DNA of 64,000 nt, from sequence record MF498774.1. One strand, written 5' to 3'. Of the stretch, positions 36,769 through 45,707 are shown in pieces. The notes under the pieces are model-generated. The model ran no database searches. It was not told the origin of the DNA and saw only the letters and a list, made by a program, of their open reading frames with translations. The translations under genes were made by a program, and so were the position numbers. Position 1 is the first letter of the stretch. Each line of letters starts with the position of its first letter.

Positions 36769-37560
36769 TTATCTAAAGTCAAGATCACTGAATGGGTCTT
36801 TATTAGTTTGACCCTTAACAAATGGTTGATATGGAGCTTCTGCAACCGGGGCACCAGTACCAATTAACACATCAAATTCTTCTACAAAATCATCTGCTTC
36901 GTCAGAAACAAAATCATCTTCTTCATATTCAAGAATCGATGTATCAACTCGTTTATCGAGTTTACGAACCGGATCAAGGGAGGGGTTCATAATATAATCA
37001 GATGGACTAAATTCGGGTTGAATCTCTTCACCAGAATATATGAATTTCTGTGCTGTAATTTTATACAGTGTTTCTTGTCCATTTTGATAGAATGGGTTAT
37101 TTGGTTCAACCCAAGTTACTTCGAAAAGGGCATTATTCATAGGGAAATATATTAGGTCTCCCTCCCTTGCCTTCTCTCCATCACCTTGTCTATTAAACAG
37201 TTCTGGGGATACGGAGAATTCTGCTTCGTCATTTACACTCATACCAAATTTTGAGAAAAATTCTTGACGTCCCTGATACCCCTCAAAGTTTTCCAAATAC
37301 ATAGCAACCCGGAAAGCGTTGTTGAATTTGGATTGCATATCTTCCCCGTACAAAAGGTCAAGTTTCACCAGTTCCCTTCGAATATAGAAAACCTCAATTC
37401 CTTTCATTTGGATTGCTTCTGACATTAAATGTCTAGCAAATGCTTGTGTATAACCATGACCATAATTATTAACATGAGGATTCAATACTTCTTTCTTATT
37501 AGTTGAATCCTCATATCCGGAACCATCTTCTAGTCTGGCAAATAGATTAGAATCGTACAT
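36769..37560 (-). CDS. gp14: Neck protein gp14
   Basis: LFARLEDGSGY, VLNPHVN, EAIQMKG, FFSKFGM and EGDLIYFPMNNALFE. Confidence 0.96.
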   Translation of the reverse strand: MYDSNLFARLEDGSGYEDSTNKKEVLNPHVNNYGHGYTQAFARHLMSEAIQMKGIEVFYIRRELVKLDLLYGEDMQSKFNNAFRVAMYLENFEGYQGRQEFFSKFGMSVNDEAEFSVSPELFNRQGDGEKAREGDLIYFPMNNALFEVTWVEPNNPFYQNGQETLYKITAQKFIYSGEEIQPEFSPSDYIMNPSLDPVRKLDKRVDTSILEYEEDDFVSDEADDFVEEFDVLIGTGAPVAEAPYQPFVKGQTNKDPFSDLDFR

Positions 37561-37563
37561 ATA

Positions 37564-38484
37564 TTACCCCATAATAATTGGATCTGGGCCAGCCAACAGA
37601 AGCAATTCCTCTCGAAGGGTCTCAATTTCTTGTTTGGCTTCTTGGATTAGTCTAGTTCCGTCAACAGTTACTCCACCGGGGAGTTGCATCCCTTGGTGTT
37701 TAGCCATTATGTTCCCCCAAACCTCTTTAACGAACGCTGTGGACATATCTTTAACCCATCTGTTGTTATATACCTTCTGGTCTGGGAAATCGTTCCTTGC
37801 GCTTCCTATGACGCTTTGGGGGAGTTTCTTGTATGGGTTAGACCATTTATTTTCTAAATCCGATGCAGGTACACCGTGACCTATTGGTAAAGCACTACCT
37901 ATATCGTTAAATGCGTATTCGTCAAGGTCTACGAAGTTTTGAACATATGCTTCAATAACCATCACATCACCTTTTTTGAGGTTGTTGTGTGTGATCTGTA
38001 GAATCCCAGATTTGGTATCAAAATCATAATCCGGTAGTGGATTTAATTGGTCTTGTAGGAGTTTCTGATAGGAACTAAATGCAGCAAAATATCCAACGGA
38101 ACCGATTGTCCCAAAAGGTCCATGGTAGCAAGAACCAACGCCACTCGTTGCTAACCCAGTAATGAAACTAGCAAACCAGTTTAGAGGAACACCACCACCC
38201 AACAGAGTCATATTACCGACCATACTACGCAGAATTCTAGTTACTGCGAATACTGGGTATTCACTCAAATCGATATACCCGGTCATGGCTTGTTCTTCGG
38301 TTAGAATACAGGTTATAAAGGCCCGGTTTAGTGCATCGTGGTGGTAATCTTTATAAAGTTCAAGAGCCCGCCCGATACTGTCATAGATCTGAGTTTCTGT
38401 AACCTCAATATTTATAATTGGAGCACCTAACCGACGAAGAATATTATCTTTTAGTTCTTTAGGGTTATTACAGGTATTATACAT
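37564..38484 (-). CDS. gp13: Neck protein gp13
   Basis: NPKELKDNILRRLGAPIIN, YNNRWVKD and KHQGMQLPGGVTVDG; late promoter at 38513-19. Confidence 0.96.
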   Translation of the reverse strand: MYNTCNNPKELKDNILRRLGAPIINIEVTETQIYDSIGRALELYKDYHHDALNRAFITCILTEEQAMTGYIDLSEYPVFAVTRILRSMVGNMTLLGGGVPLNWFASFITGLATSGVGSCYHGPFGTIGSVGYFAAFSSYQKLLQDQLNPLPDYDFDTKSGILQITHNNLKKGDVMVIEAYVQNFVDLDEYAFNDIGSALPIGHGVPASDLENKWSNPYKKLPQSVIGSARNDFPDQKVYNNRWVKDMSTAFVKEVWGNIMAKHQGMQLPGGVTVDGTRLIQEAKQEIETLREELLLLAGPDPIIMG

Positions 38485-38521
38485 TTTATCTTCCTTTAAT
38501 AGTTTACAATGGTATTTAGAG

Positions 38522-38555
38522 AAAAGCCCCGAACGAATAAACGAACGGGGCTTTT
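38522..38555 (-). terminator. Terminator ending the 12-wac-adhesin-47aa operon
   Basis: AAAAGCCCCG-14 nt-CGGGGCTTTT. Confidence 0.75.
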
Positions 38556-38557
38556 AA

Positions 38558-38701
38558 TTATTGTTCTTTATTTTTGTTAGCCTCTTTATCTTCTTCATTC
38601 TGCTTCTGTTTTTTGGTGATTGCTTCCGCCGCCACCTTAAGCAACTGAGTTAGAATTTCGAGACCTATTGTCCTAAAGAATAAAAGTACAGCGGTTTGCA
38701 T
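38558..38701 (-). CDS. Small amphipathic/charged protein (47 aa, not in ORF track)
   Basis: AAGGGG SD; MQTAVLLFFRTIGLEILTQLLKVAAEAITKKQKQNEEDKEANKNKEQ; fills the gap between the 498-aa gene and the terminator. Confidence 0.65.
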   Translation of the reverse strand: MQTAVLLFFRTIGLEILTQLLKVAAEAITKKQKQNEEDKEANKNKEQ

Positions 38702-38712
38702 TTTAATGCCCC

Positions 38713-40209
38713 TTAAGATATTTGGATCCTAGTTGAGCGAGTGGTTACTTGACCATAACTGTTCTTATAAATGGCGTAGTAGAAAATTGATGTGTCTAGA
38801 GTTGGGGTAACTTCTATCTCTAGATTTTTAGAATTACCTACTTCAACACCCCTTGAGGTTTTCCATTGAACTGTGGAAAATCTATCACAATCCGATTCTA
38901 TCACGACCGTATCACCAACTTGCGCGTTATATATAACTTGCGGTTGTTTCGTTATTTTAGGCGCAACCGTACTCCACCAAATTGTATCACCGACGATATC
39001 AAGAACCAGTTTTCCATCAGTAGATACCAATTTTCCATTACCCTGATTTGAAATATTAAATAGATGACTGTTTCCATCCATGTAAATTTCAAATTGTTCA
39101 ATGGTGATGTTATTACTATTTAACCCGAATACAGTATTGAGCCCTGTATCAAGACTAAGATATGGATCTGTTATTCTTGCGTAGACTTCACCGTTTACAT
39201 ACAACCTTATATTTTGAGCAAATCCGTTAGATACATCAAACCAAACAGATACACCAATACTGTTATTTCTTGGTAATGGTCTTTTCAATGGTTTGGTGTG
39301 ATAAACACCATCAGGAGTTTTAACCCAGAATGTGTTAGTTTCTAGATTTATGCCCATACCAGTAGAAATACCACCAACGTTTTTTGAAGCTATCACTAGT
39401 TCTGTAGCGATATCACCAATAACAAGGCCACCAGAAACTTTATGTGTCTTGTTCGCAACCATCAAAGAACCAGTGGTAGAGAATCCAGCGTCTCTATTTA
39501 AAATAATTGCTTCGTTGGTTAAAACGTGGGGGGTTGGTTGATAATCGATCAGGATATTTGTATTTGTAACCATAGGTGAATCAAAAGAGAAATCACCATT
39601 TGTGTTATATCTAACTCCAACACCAAAGTTAAATTGTATTAGACAGTCTTTCTTTGCGGTGAAAGTAGAGTATATACGGGTTCTCTCATCACCAATTAAT
39701 GGATTATTATCAAATTTAGTTTTAAATGTTAGATAATTATCAATGGGGTCACCATTGTCCATGTATATATCAGCAAGTACACCACTATGAACCAACGTAA
39801 GATCGTTGTTTTTAACCATAACGCTTGCGGTATAAGTTTTTCCAGCCTTTAACGAAATACGGGTTTGGAAGAACATTCGACTATCAATAGTTCTGAATGT
39901 ATATCCTTTCGTATTTTCATTATCTTGGTTGAAGCTTATAGCAAAAGCGTTATTTCCCGTATTTGTCGAGTTATTATAAACGGTATAGCATGGTGGAACG
40001 TTTCCAATAACAACCCCGTCAGAATAACAAAAAATATCAGTACCATTCAACATTCGACTATTTGCTAATAGGTTTTCGTCGCCAAGGTCATAAGCTCTAT
40101 GCCATGCCCCATTAGAAAAAACCCACGGTACGGACCTATGCCAGTTATTTTTATAAATGGATGGGATGGTGTCATGCACCACCCCATTTTTATACACTTT
40201 GTTAGCCAT
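38713..40209 (-). CDS. Putative whisker-associated adhesin (aromatic N-terminal anchor, CBM-like, LamG-like, Ig-like; 498 aa)
   Basis: NLLANS...LKAGKTYTASVMVK...DYQPTP (CBM-like), RLYVNGE (ConA/LamG-like) and APKITKQP...VQW...YYAIY (Ig-like); 11 nt downstream of wac. Confidence 0.65.
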   Translation of the reverse strand: MANKVYKNGVVHDTIPSIYKNNWHRSVPWVFSNGAWHRAYDLGDENLLANSRMLNGTDIFCYSDGVVIGNVPPCYTVYNNSTNTGNNAFAISFNQDNENTKGYTFRTIDSRMFFQTRISLKAGKTYTASVMVKNNDLTLVHSGVLADIYMDNGDPIDNYLTFKTKFDNNPLIGDERTRIYSTFTAKKDCLIQFNFGVGVRYNTNGDFSFDSPMVTNTNILIDYQPTPHVLTNEAIILNRDAGFSTTGSLMVANKTHKVSGGLVIGDIATELVIASKNVGGISTGMGINLETNTFWVKTPDGVYHTKPLKRPLPRNNSIGVSVWFDVSNGFAQNIRLYVNGEVYARITDPYLSLDTGLNTVFGLNSNNITIEQFEIYMDGNSHLFNISNQGNGKLVSTDGKLVLDIVGDTIWWSTVAPKITKQPQVIYNAQVGDTVVIESDCDRFSTVQWKTSRGVEVGNSKNLEIEVTPTLDTSIFYYAIYKNSYGQVTTRSTRIQIS

Positions 40210-40220
40210 CGTAAACCCTT

Positions 40221-43200
40221 TTAGTTGATGAATTCGAAGAACACATCACCTTCTTTAGGACTGGTCGGTGCGTCTGTAGCAAAATCACCGTAGTAATACG
40301 CTCTTGTCCACTGACCATCTTGTCTTACGTACTTGTTTCCGTCTGCTGGTGCTTCGAAACTATCCTTTGTGAGGACTTTATCGTTATTGATTGTTACCTC
40401 AGATGTGGTAATACGAACCGGTAGATCGGTGTCACCAATTGCGATAAACTTTTCTGTAGAAGGTTGCGATATACTAATTATGTTCTTATCGACATTATTT
40501 ACCTGTGTGGTAATACCGAAACTATTATTGGCACCTACTTCTGCAAGCTTGAGGTTAGTTACCTTACCGTCAAACTTCATGAACGTTCTACTATCACCAA
40601 TAACCATTAGCTTATCGACACCAACTGTATCCACCTTGGCTACGTTATATCCACCAATGATGAAATCGCTGGTTTCACCAACAGAAACATCCTTGGTTGG
40701 GTCTATACCGTCATGGATTAGAGTCCATTGCCCACCCTTACGAGCGTAGAAATTCGCGTTGTTTGGTGCGTCATGTGCGTCGGTCCAAACTTTCTTAGCA
40801 TCAGAACCAACACCAACAAACAGATTCCCAGTAGAATATACATTCACTGGTGTGGTTGTGTCGCCGATCACTATTTTGGTTTGGGTACTTTCTAAAAGAG
40901 AACCATAAGATGTAGAAATTTTACTTTCTAATTTGAAATCGGATACAGTACCACGAAGGTTTATTTTCCCTGTAGTTCCACCAATTCGAGTTGTTACGGT
41001 TGCAGAATCAACGGTAAATGCAGTAATCGTACCACTATTGGTTTTTGCCATTATAGATACGTTTTCTGCTAGGGTTATATTTCTTTCGCCTACGGCTTGC
41101 CAGAAACCAACACCATCGTCATTTACCCGAGCGTATGCCAATCCGGACTGTGGTGCATCACCAATAATACCAGTACCAGAACCACCCTGTTCAACGACCA
41201 TCCATTGGTTGTTCTTACGAGCGTAAAAACTACCATCTGCGGGTGCATCCATACCTTGGTGCCAAACCTTAAACCGATCAACCCCAGTACCTTGAATATA
41301 AAGGTCCGTTGCAAATACGTTAGTAGTTTCAATATCACCGTATGTCAATATTCCACCAAAGTTATTGACCACGTTTAGATGTTTACCCATACCAACATTC
41401 ATCTTAAACGCTTTGTCTTGGTCCATAATCAATTCGCTGACATTTCCCTTAAATGCGAGGTTTGTATTAGCAGAACCAATATTTATTGTAGTGTTATCTA
41501 ATTTAATAACATCTGCGCCTGCATAACCAATTACCGCATTCTGGTTTAGGGTAAATCCATTCTCTGGGTTAACGTCGGTGATATATTTTTTGTAGTTCCC
41601 AATATGCAGAACATCAAATTCACCGGTTGGTGTGTTATACTTGAAAGAATCGATATCCTTACCAACCATAACTATATTCTTATCACTCTGACCAACTTTT
41701 ATAGTTTGATCGGTAGAGCCAAGAATAGTTTTCCCATATTTTCTGATATCAGAGGTTGTATCAAGAGAAATATTTCCGATAATGTCGCCGACTATACGGA
41801 GTTTGGTTGTTCCGTTATGACCAAAGGTCGGGATATATTTCCCATCAGAACCAGTAGAATAAGAAACAAGTGTGGTTCCGTCGATGGCGGTAATCTTATT
41901 GTTATCACCAACCACAAAGTTAGTGGTAAACAAATCTCGCCATACCCAGTTAGCACCATCATATTCTCGCGACCATACAGCACCAAGCCGAGTTTCTGTT
42001 GGGTTAGGGATATATCCAGCACCATTCTTATAATCACGGTACATCTGTTCATACATATCTTTCGATGCTTGATATGAACCAATTCTACGGTAATCGTCGT
42101 CAGCGACGTTTTTTGTCCCTTCTACCTTGATAACCAAACCTGTGTTTGGATTACCTACGGTATTTTGTAGATCCTCAATAGAAGTTCTATATTCGACGTT
42201 AACAGTAGTTGATATACTCGAAACACGACCATCAAGATCTTCGAAATGTTCTTTCTCTCTCTGGTCTACTTCTTTAACTTTTCCCTGCAATCCATCTAGA
42301 GGACTAGATCCTAGAATACCTTCGTTATTCTCCATACGGACACGTAGATCATTAATTCTACCCCAAGCGGTGGTATCCAGTGTGGAATCACTAGCCGAAC
42401 CAAGAGAACGAGCCAAGTCATCAGACAGACCCTCGGTTTGTTTGGCGATACCACTAATATAATCTACGTCTTTCTTGACATGTAAAGAATAATCGTATAG
42501 ATTACCTACGGTTTGATAAGAATCGGTTTGTACATCAAGATACTGGAGAGGGAATTCACCGTATCCAGTGTGTTCTACAAGTTCTTGAACCAAAGGTGAA
42601 TTTGTTTCGTCGGCCATTTCTAAATCGCCGATACGAGAATAAATGTTCCTTGTTGGATCAGGGTCTTGTCCAAGTTCGGTTCTAATCTGGTTAACTTCTT
42701 CCCTCAAAGATGCAGGAGTTGAGTCTTCCCACCATTTTTCAAGAGAAGTAACACGAACATCAAGGTTGACACCAGTGTTATAGTTACGTTCGATCTGACC
42801 TTTCACCCCCGAAGAAAGTGAGCCGGGTGATGGAACACCATCAATATCAAAATCTTTATAATTACCCAACATTTTTTTGATATGAAGGTCATCTGCTCGG
42901 AGAGTTCGGAATCTAAGAGATGGATCCCCAACTCCGATATTATCTGAAATTGACTGGATTTTTGCGTCGAGGATTACATCGGTTTCTTTTATTTCTTCAA
43001 GGATTCCGCTATGGACATCCATTTCGGTTTCCAAATCACCAACTCGTTGATATAAATCTCGCCCATCACCAGCATTAATTATATCATCATGAATATTCAC
43101 CTTGTCGATAACTTCCGACATCTTAGAAAGGATTGTTTCTTGGTTTTTATCCAATGTCTCTACGTTAGCAGAAATTTGAGTAGAGGGGCGGTTTAAAACG

Positions 43201-43346
43201 CCCCCTTTATCACCAACAATATAAGGATCTGCACCTTGTGGTTGCTCACCATTTTTAATCCATTCAACCTGTTTTTGACCAGAACCAGCAACAGGCATAT
43301 CAGAAGTATATTTCAGGTCATCCAATACAGGTTTAATAATTTCCAT
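40221..43346 (-). CDS. wac: Fibritin (whisker/collar) with long multi-foldon C-terminal extension (1041 aa)
   Basis: LDDLKY...EWIKNGEQPQGAD...LNRPST..NVETLDKN matches the T4 fibritin N-domain; segmented coiled coil; between genes 12 and 13; late promoter at 43378-84. Confidence 0.92.
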   Translation of the reverse strand: MEIIKPVLDDLKYTSDMPVAGSGQKQVEWIKNGEQPQGADPYIVGDKGGVLNRPSTQISANVETLDKNQETILSKMSEVIDKVNIHDDIINAGDGRDLYQRVGDLETEMDVHSGILEEIKETDVILDAKIQSISDNIGVGDPSLRFRTLRADDLHIKKMLGNYKDFDIDGVPSPGSLSSGVKGQIERNYNTGVNLDVRVTSLEKWWEDSTPASLREEVNQIRTELGQDPDPTRNIYSRIGDLEMADETNSPLVQELVEHTGYGEFPLQYLDVQTDSYQTVGNLYDYSLHVKKDVDYISGIAKQTEGLSDDLARSLGSASDSTLDTTAWGRINDLRVRMENNEGILGSSPLDGLQGKVKEVDQREKEHFEDLDGRVSSISTTVNVEYRTSIEDLQNTVGNPNTGLVIKVEGTKNVADDDYRRIGSYQASKDMYEQMYRDYKNGAGYIPNPTETRLGAVWSREYDGANWVWRDLFTTNFVVGDNNKITAIDGTTLVSYSTGSDGKYIPTFGHNGTTKLRIVGDIIGNISLDTTSDIRKYGKTILGSTDQTIKVGQSDKNIVMVGKDIDSFKYNTPTGEFDVLHIGNYKKYITDVNPENGFTLNQNAVIGYAGADVIKLDNTTINIGSANTNLAFKGNVSELIMDQDKAFKMNVGMGKHLNVVNNFGGILTYGDIETTNVFATDLYIQGTGVDRFKVWHQGMDAPADGSFYARKNNQWMVVEQGGSGTGIIGDAPQSGLAYARVNDDGVGFWQAVGERNITLAENVSIMAKTNSGTITAFTVDSATVTTRIGGTTGKINLRGTVSDFKLESKISTSYGSLLESTQTKIVIGDTTTPVNVYSTGNLFVGVGSDAKKVWTDAHDAPNNANFYARKGGQWTLIHDGIDPTKDVSVGETSDFIIGGYNVAKVDTVGVDKLMVIGDSRTFMKFDGKVTNLKLAEVGANNSFGITTQVNNVDKNIISISQPSTEKFIAIGDTDLPVRITTSEVTINNDKVLTKDSFEAPADGNKYVRQDGQWTRAYYYGDFATDAPTSPKEGDVFFEFIN

Positions 43347-43380
43347 TAGTTTTTACCCCATTCGTTTTATATATTAGTAT

Positions 43381-44733
43381 TTAGGTTGTTTGGTATATGT
43401 CATTAACACCCCAAACATGCCATATAATACAGTTGTCACCCGTGGTATGGAAATAAGTACCATTAGCGTTAAACCTACCAATCCACCAAGTAGAATCGGT
43501 GTCTGCAATCCACCAAGCGTTAGCGAAATTATCTTGAAGGATAGAAATTTGAGCCTTCGATATATAGTTAGACTTCATATGTCTACCATCATCACCAGAG
43601 GATACAACTATTAACCCATCGTAATTCCACCACGGTTGTGACATATTAAAGTCACCACTTTTATGACCACCATATGGAGCAGCATTAAAAATCAATTGTC
43701 TATCAGTTCTATTAAGAGTTACTGCACTTCCACGATTAACCTTTCCATTTATTTGGTTTTGTTTATCCTCGAATGCTCCAACTGCCCAATCATATCTAAC
43801 AACCGCATTAGGTGAACCATCTTGGGGATTTGTAAGATATATATTTGGGGTAATCAATGCACCGGTCATTGTTCCCCCAGTTTTTGCAACTAAGGTTGTT
43901 GCTCCATGAGAACTTAACGCTTTATTCGTTGCCCCTTGCACAGCAACGTCTGTCAATGCAACAATACCCCACTGGGAAGACGATGCAATTGGAAGAGTTG
44001 CTGGGCTAATGGCTACGTCAGTTGCAGTACGGGCATTAGACTCGGCTTGAGTTGCCATTTTTACTGTACCAACTCTTGATTGAGTTGCACGAGTCTCAAT
44101 AAAGCCTTTCGGGCTAACTGCTACACCGTTATGTAAAGCCGCATTAATTACTGGGGATGGGGAAATCTTAACTATCCCAGAGGTCAATTCAGTTGCACCG
44201 GAATTTGCAGTAACTGCGAACTTATCTATCATTGCCTTAACAACATCAGGACTTGTTGCAGTAGTTGAATCAGTCCCTTGTTGTCCAATGGTAATCGTCG
44301 ATAATTTCAACGTACCTGCTTTTGTGGTAGAACCAATTGCTTTTGTTCTGATGATATCCCATATACCAGCCGTATTAATGCCTATAGATGCGCTTGCTGC
44401 TGTTTCTAGACGTTCCGCGCTGGTAGCGTACCTAACTAGACCCTTAACCGTTTCTGATGCATCTGGGCGCACCCATTTGGCTTGTAGGGTCTTGGGAGTA
44501 ACGATTGCATCAGCCACGGTTCCTGCCAATACTTCCGCTTCCGTCGCAATCCTGAGAATACCCATTTTTGTTTCGGTCGCTTTCATATCCTCATACCTTC
44601 CAATTGCATGGGGTTGTATGAGTTCAGCCATTTTTTGTACATCATTAGTTGTTGCTGGGAAATTAGTGGTGCTAGGATCTAGCACCACATCAACAGCTTT
44701 AGAACTAATATGTTGTTCTGTATTATTAATCAT
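43381..44733 (-). CDS. gp12: Short tail fibre gp12 (450 aa, non-T4 tip)
   Basis: NNTEQHIS...DPSTTNFP, ATETKMGILRIATEAEVLAGT..AIVTPKTL repeats. Confidence 0.92.
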   Translation of the reverse strand: MINNTEQHISSKAVDVVLDPSTTNFPATTNDVQKMAELIQPHAIGRYEDMKATETKMGILRIATEAEVLAGTVADAIVTPKTLQAKWVRPDASETVKGLVRYATSAERLETAASASIGINTAGIWDIIRTKAIGSTTKAGTLKLSTITIGQQGTDSTTATSPDVVKAMIDKFAVTANSGATELTSGIVKISPSPVINAALHNGVAVSPKGFIETRATQSRVGTVKMATQAESNARTATDVAISPATLPIASSSQWGIVALTDVAVQGATNKALSSHGATTLVAKTGGTMTGALITPNIYLTNPQDGSPNAVVRYDWAVGAFEDKQNQINGKVNRGSAVTLNRTDRQLIFNAAPYGGHKSGDFNMSQPWWNYDGLIVVSSGDDGRHMKSNYISKAQISILQDNFANAWWIADTDSTWWIGRFNANGTYFHTTGDNCIIWHVWGVNDIYQTT

Positions 44734-44735
44734 TT

Positions 44736-45707
44736 TTAACCAATCCTTTTCCAGTAATAAAGTGTTGTTACCGTGGTATCAATTGCAACTTTATCTTCTT
44801 TGAAAAACATTTCCCAATATCCGTAACCATAAGATGCAGGAGATCCAACAACCCAATCGATGGTCATCCCATATTCTGACCATGGTTCTGGTGTGTGATC
44901 ACGAAGGTCTCTATATGTGAAGTTTATAGAATCACTAGAAAGTTTAGTAACATCCCTCACATATAAACCATCCACTTCAAATTGTTTAAGTAAATCGAAT
45001 ACTTTATCTCTAACAAATGTCGGACTTACACCATCTGCAACTTCAATTCGAGTACCAAATACATCAAGAACAACAGGCATACCAGAAATTGGAGAGGAAA
45101 TAGCACCAGAAAAGGTTAATGTATCGATTTGTGGTTTTCCGCCGGGGTCCGTATTATCTATATTTATAATAACAGAACCTTTATTAAGTCTTCCCACATA
45201 TGCAGCATCGGAAATTGCGTTTTCAACTGTCTTGAACTTGTTATGACTTCTGGCATCTTGGATTGTTAGGTTACCGATACCACCAACAACAGATAACGTC
45301 TCTAATGTCGGGTCTCCATTAAATTCGTGGTCTGATGCTTTTCTACTCTTGATCATAGAAGCCATTCGACTTCTAGTCATATCTGTGTTTGTTCTACCGT
45401 CAAACATAGTCACGGTTACAACAGACGAATCCAAAGAACTTAGTTCCGCGCCTGATGTGGAATTGACTTCTTTAACACGACATCTGAAATAACCATGATT
45501 ATATGATGCGTTTGATGGAAGAACTCTTAGATTATCAGTTGCCGCACTAGCATCAACAACGGCAGTCCAAGCATTGCTATCTACGGAAGATTCCCAAGAA
45601 TATCTAAGTTCTGCATCTACGTTGTTTGTACTTGCTAAAATAGAAAGCTGGTATGAACTACCAGCATAATATGTTAGGCTTCTTGGTTGTTGAAAAATAC
45701 TTATCAT
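44736..45707 (-). CDS. gp11: Baseplate wedge/pin gp11 with N-terminal Ig-like domain
   Basis: TAATG overlap with the gene 10 stop gives start 45707. IKSRKASDHEF, GSVIIN, QIDTLTFSG and YGYGYWE...LYYWKRIG match gp11; the first ~100 aa are Ig-like. Confidence 0.85.
   Translation of the reverse strand: MISIFQQPRSLTYYAGSSYQLSILASTNNVDAELRYSWESSVDSNAWTAVVDASAATDNLRVLPSNASYNHGYFRCRVKEVNSTSGAELSSLDSSVVTVTMFDGRTNTDMTRSRMASMIKSRKASDHEFNGDPTLETLSVVGGIGNLTIQDARSHNKFKTVENAISDAAYVGRLNKGSVIINIDNTDPGGKPQIDTLTFSGAISSPISGMPVVLDVFGTRIEVADGVSPTFVRDKVFDLLKQFEVDGLYVRDVTKLSSDSINFTYRDLRDHTPEPWSEYGMTIDWVVGSPASYGYGYWEMFFKEDKVAIDTTVTTLYYWKRIG

Noticed and set aside
40200-40230. Possible read-through or frameshift fusing wac to the 498-aa adhesin
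   Set aside because: The 11-nt spacer puts the ORFs out of frame, there is no slippery heptamer, and an AAGGG SD precedes the second ATG; two separate genes is more parsimonious.
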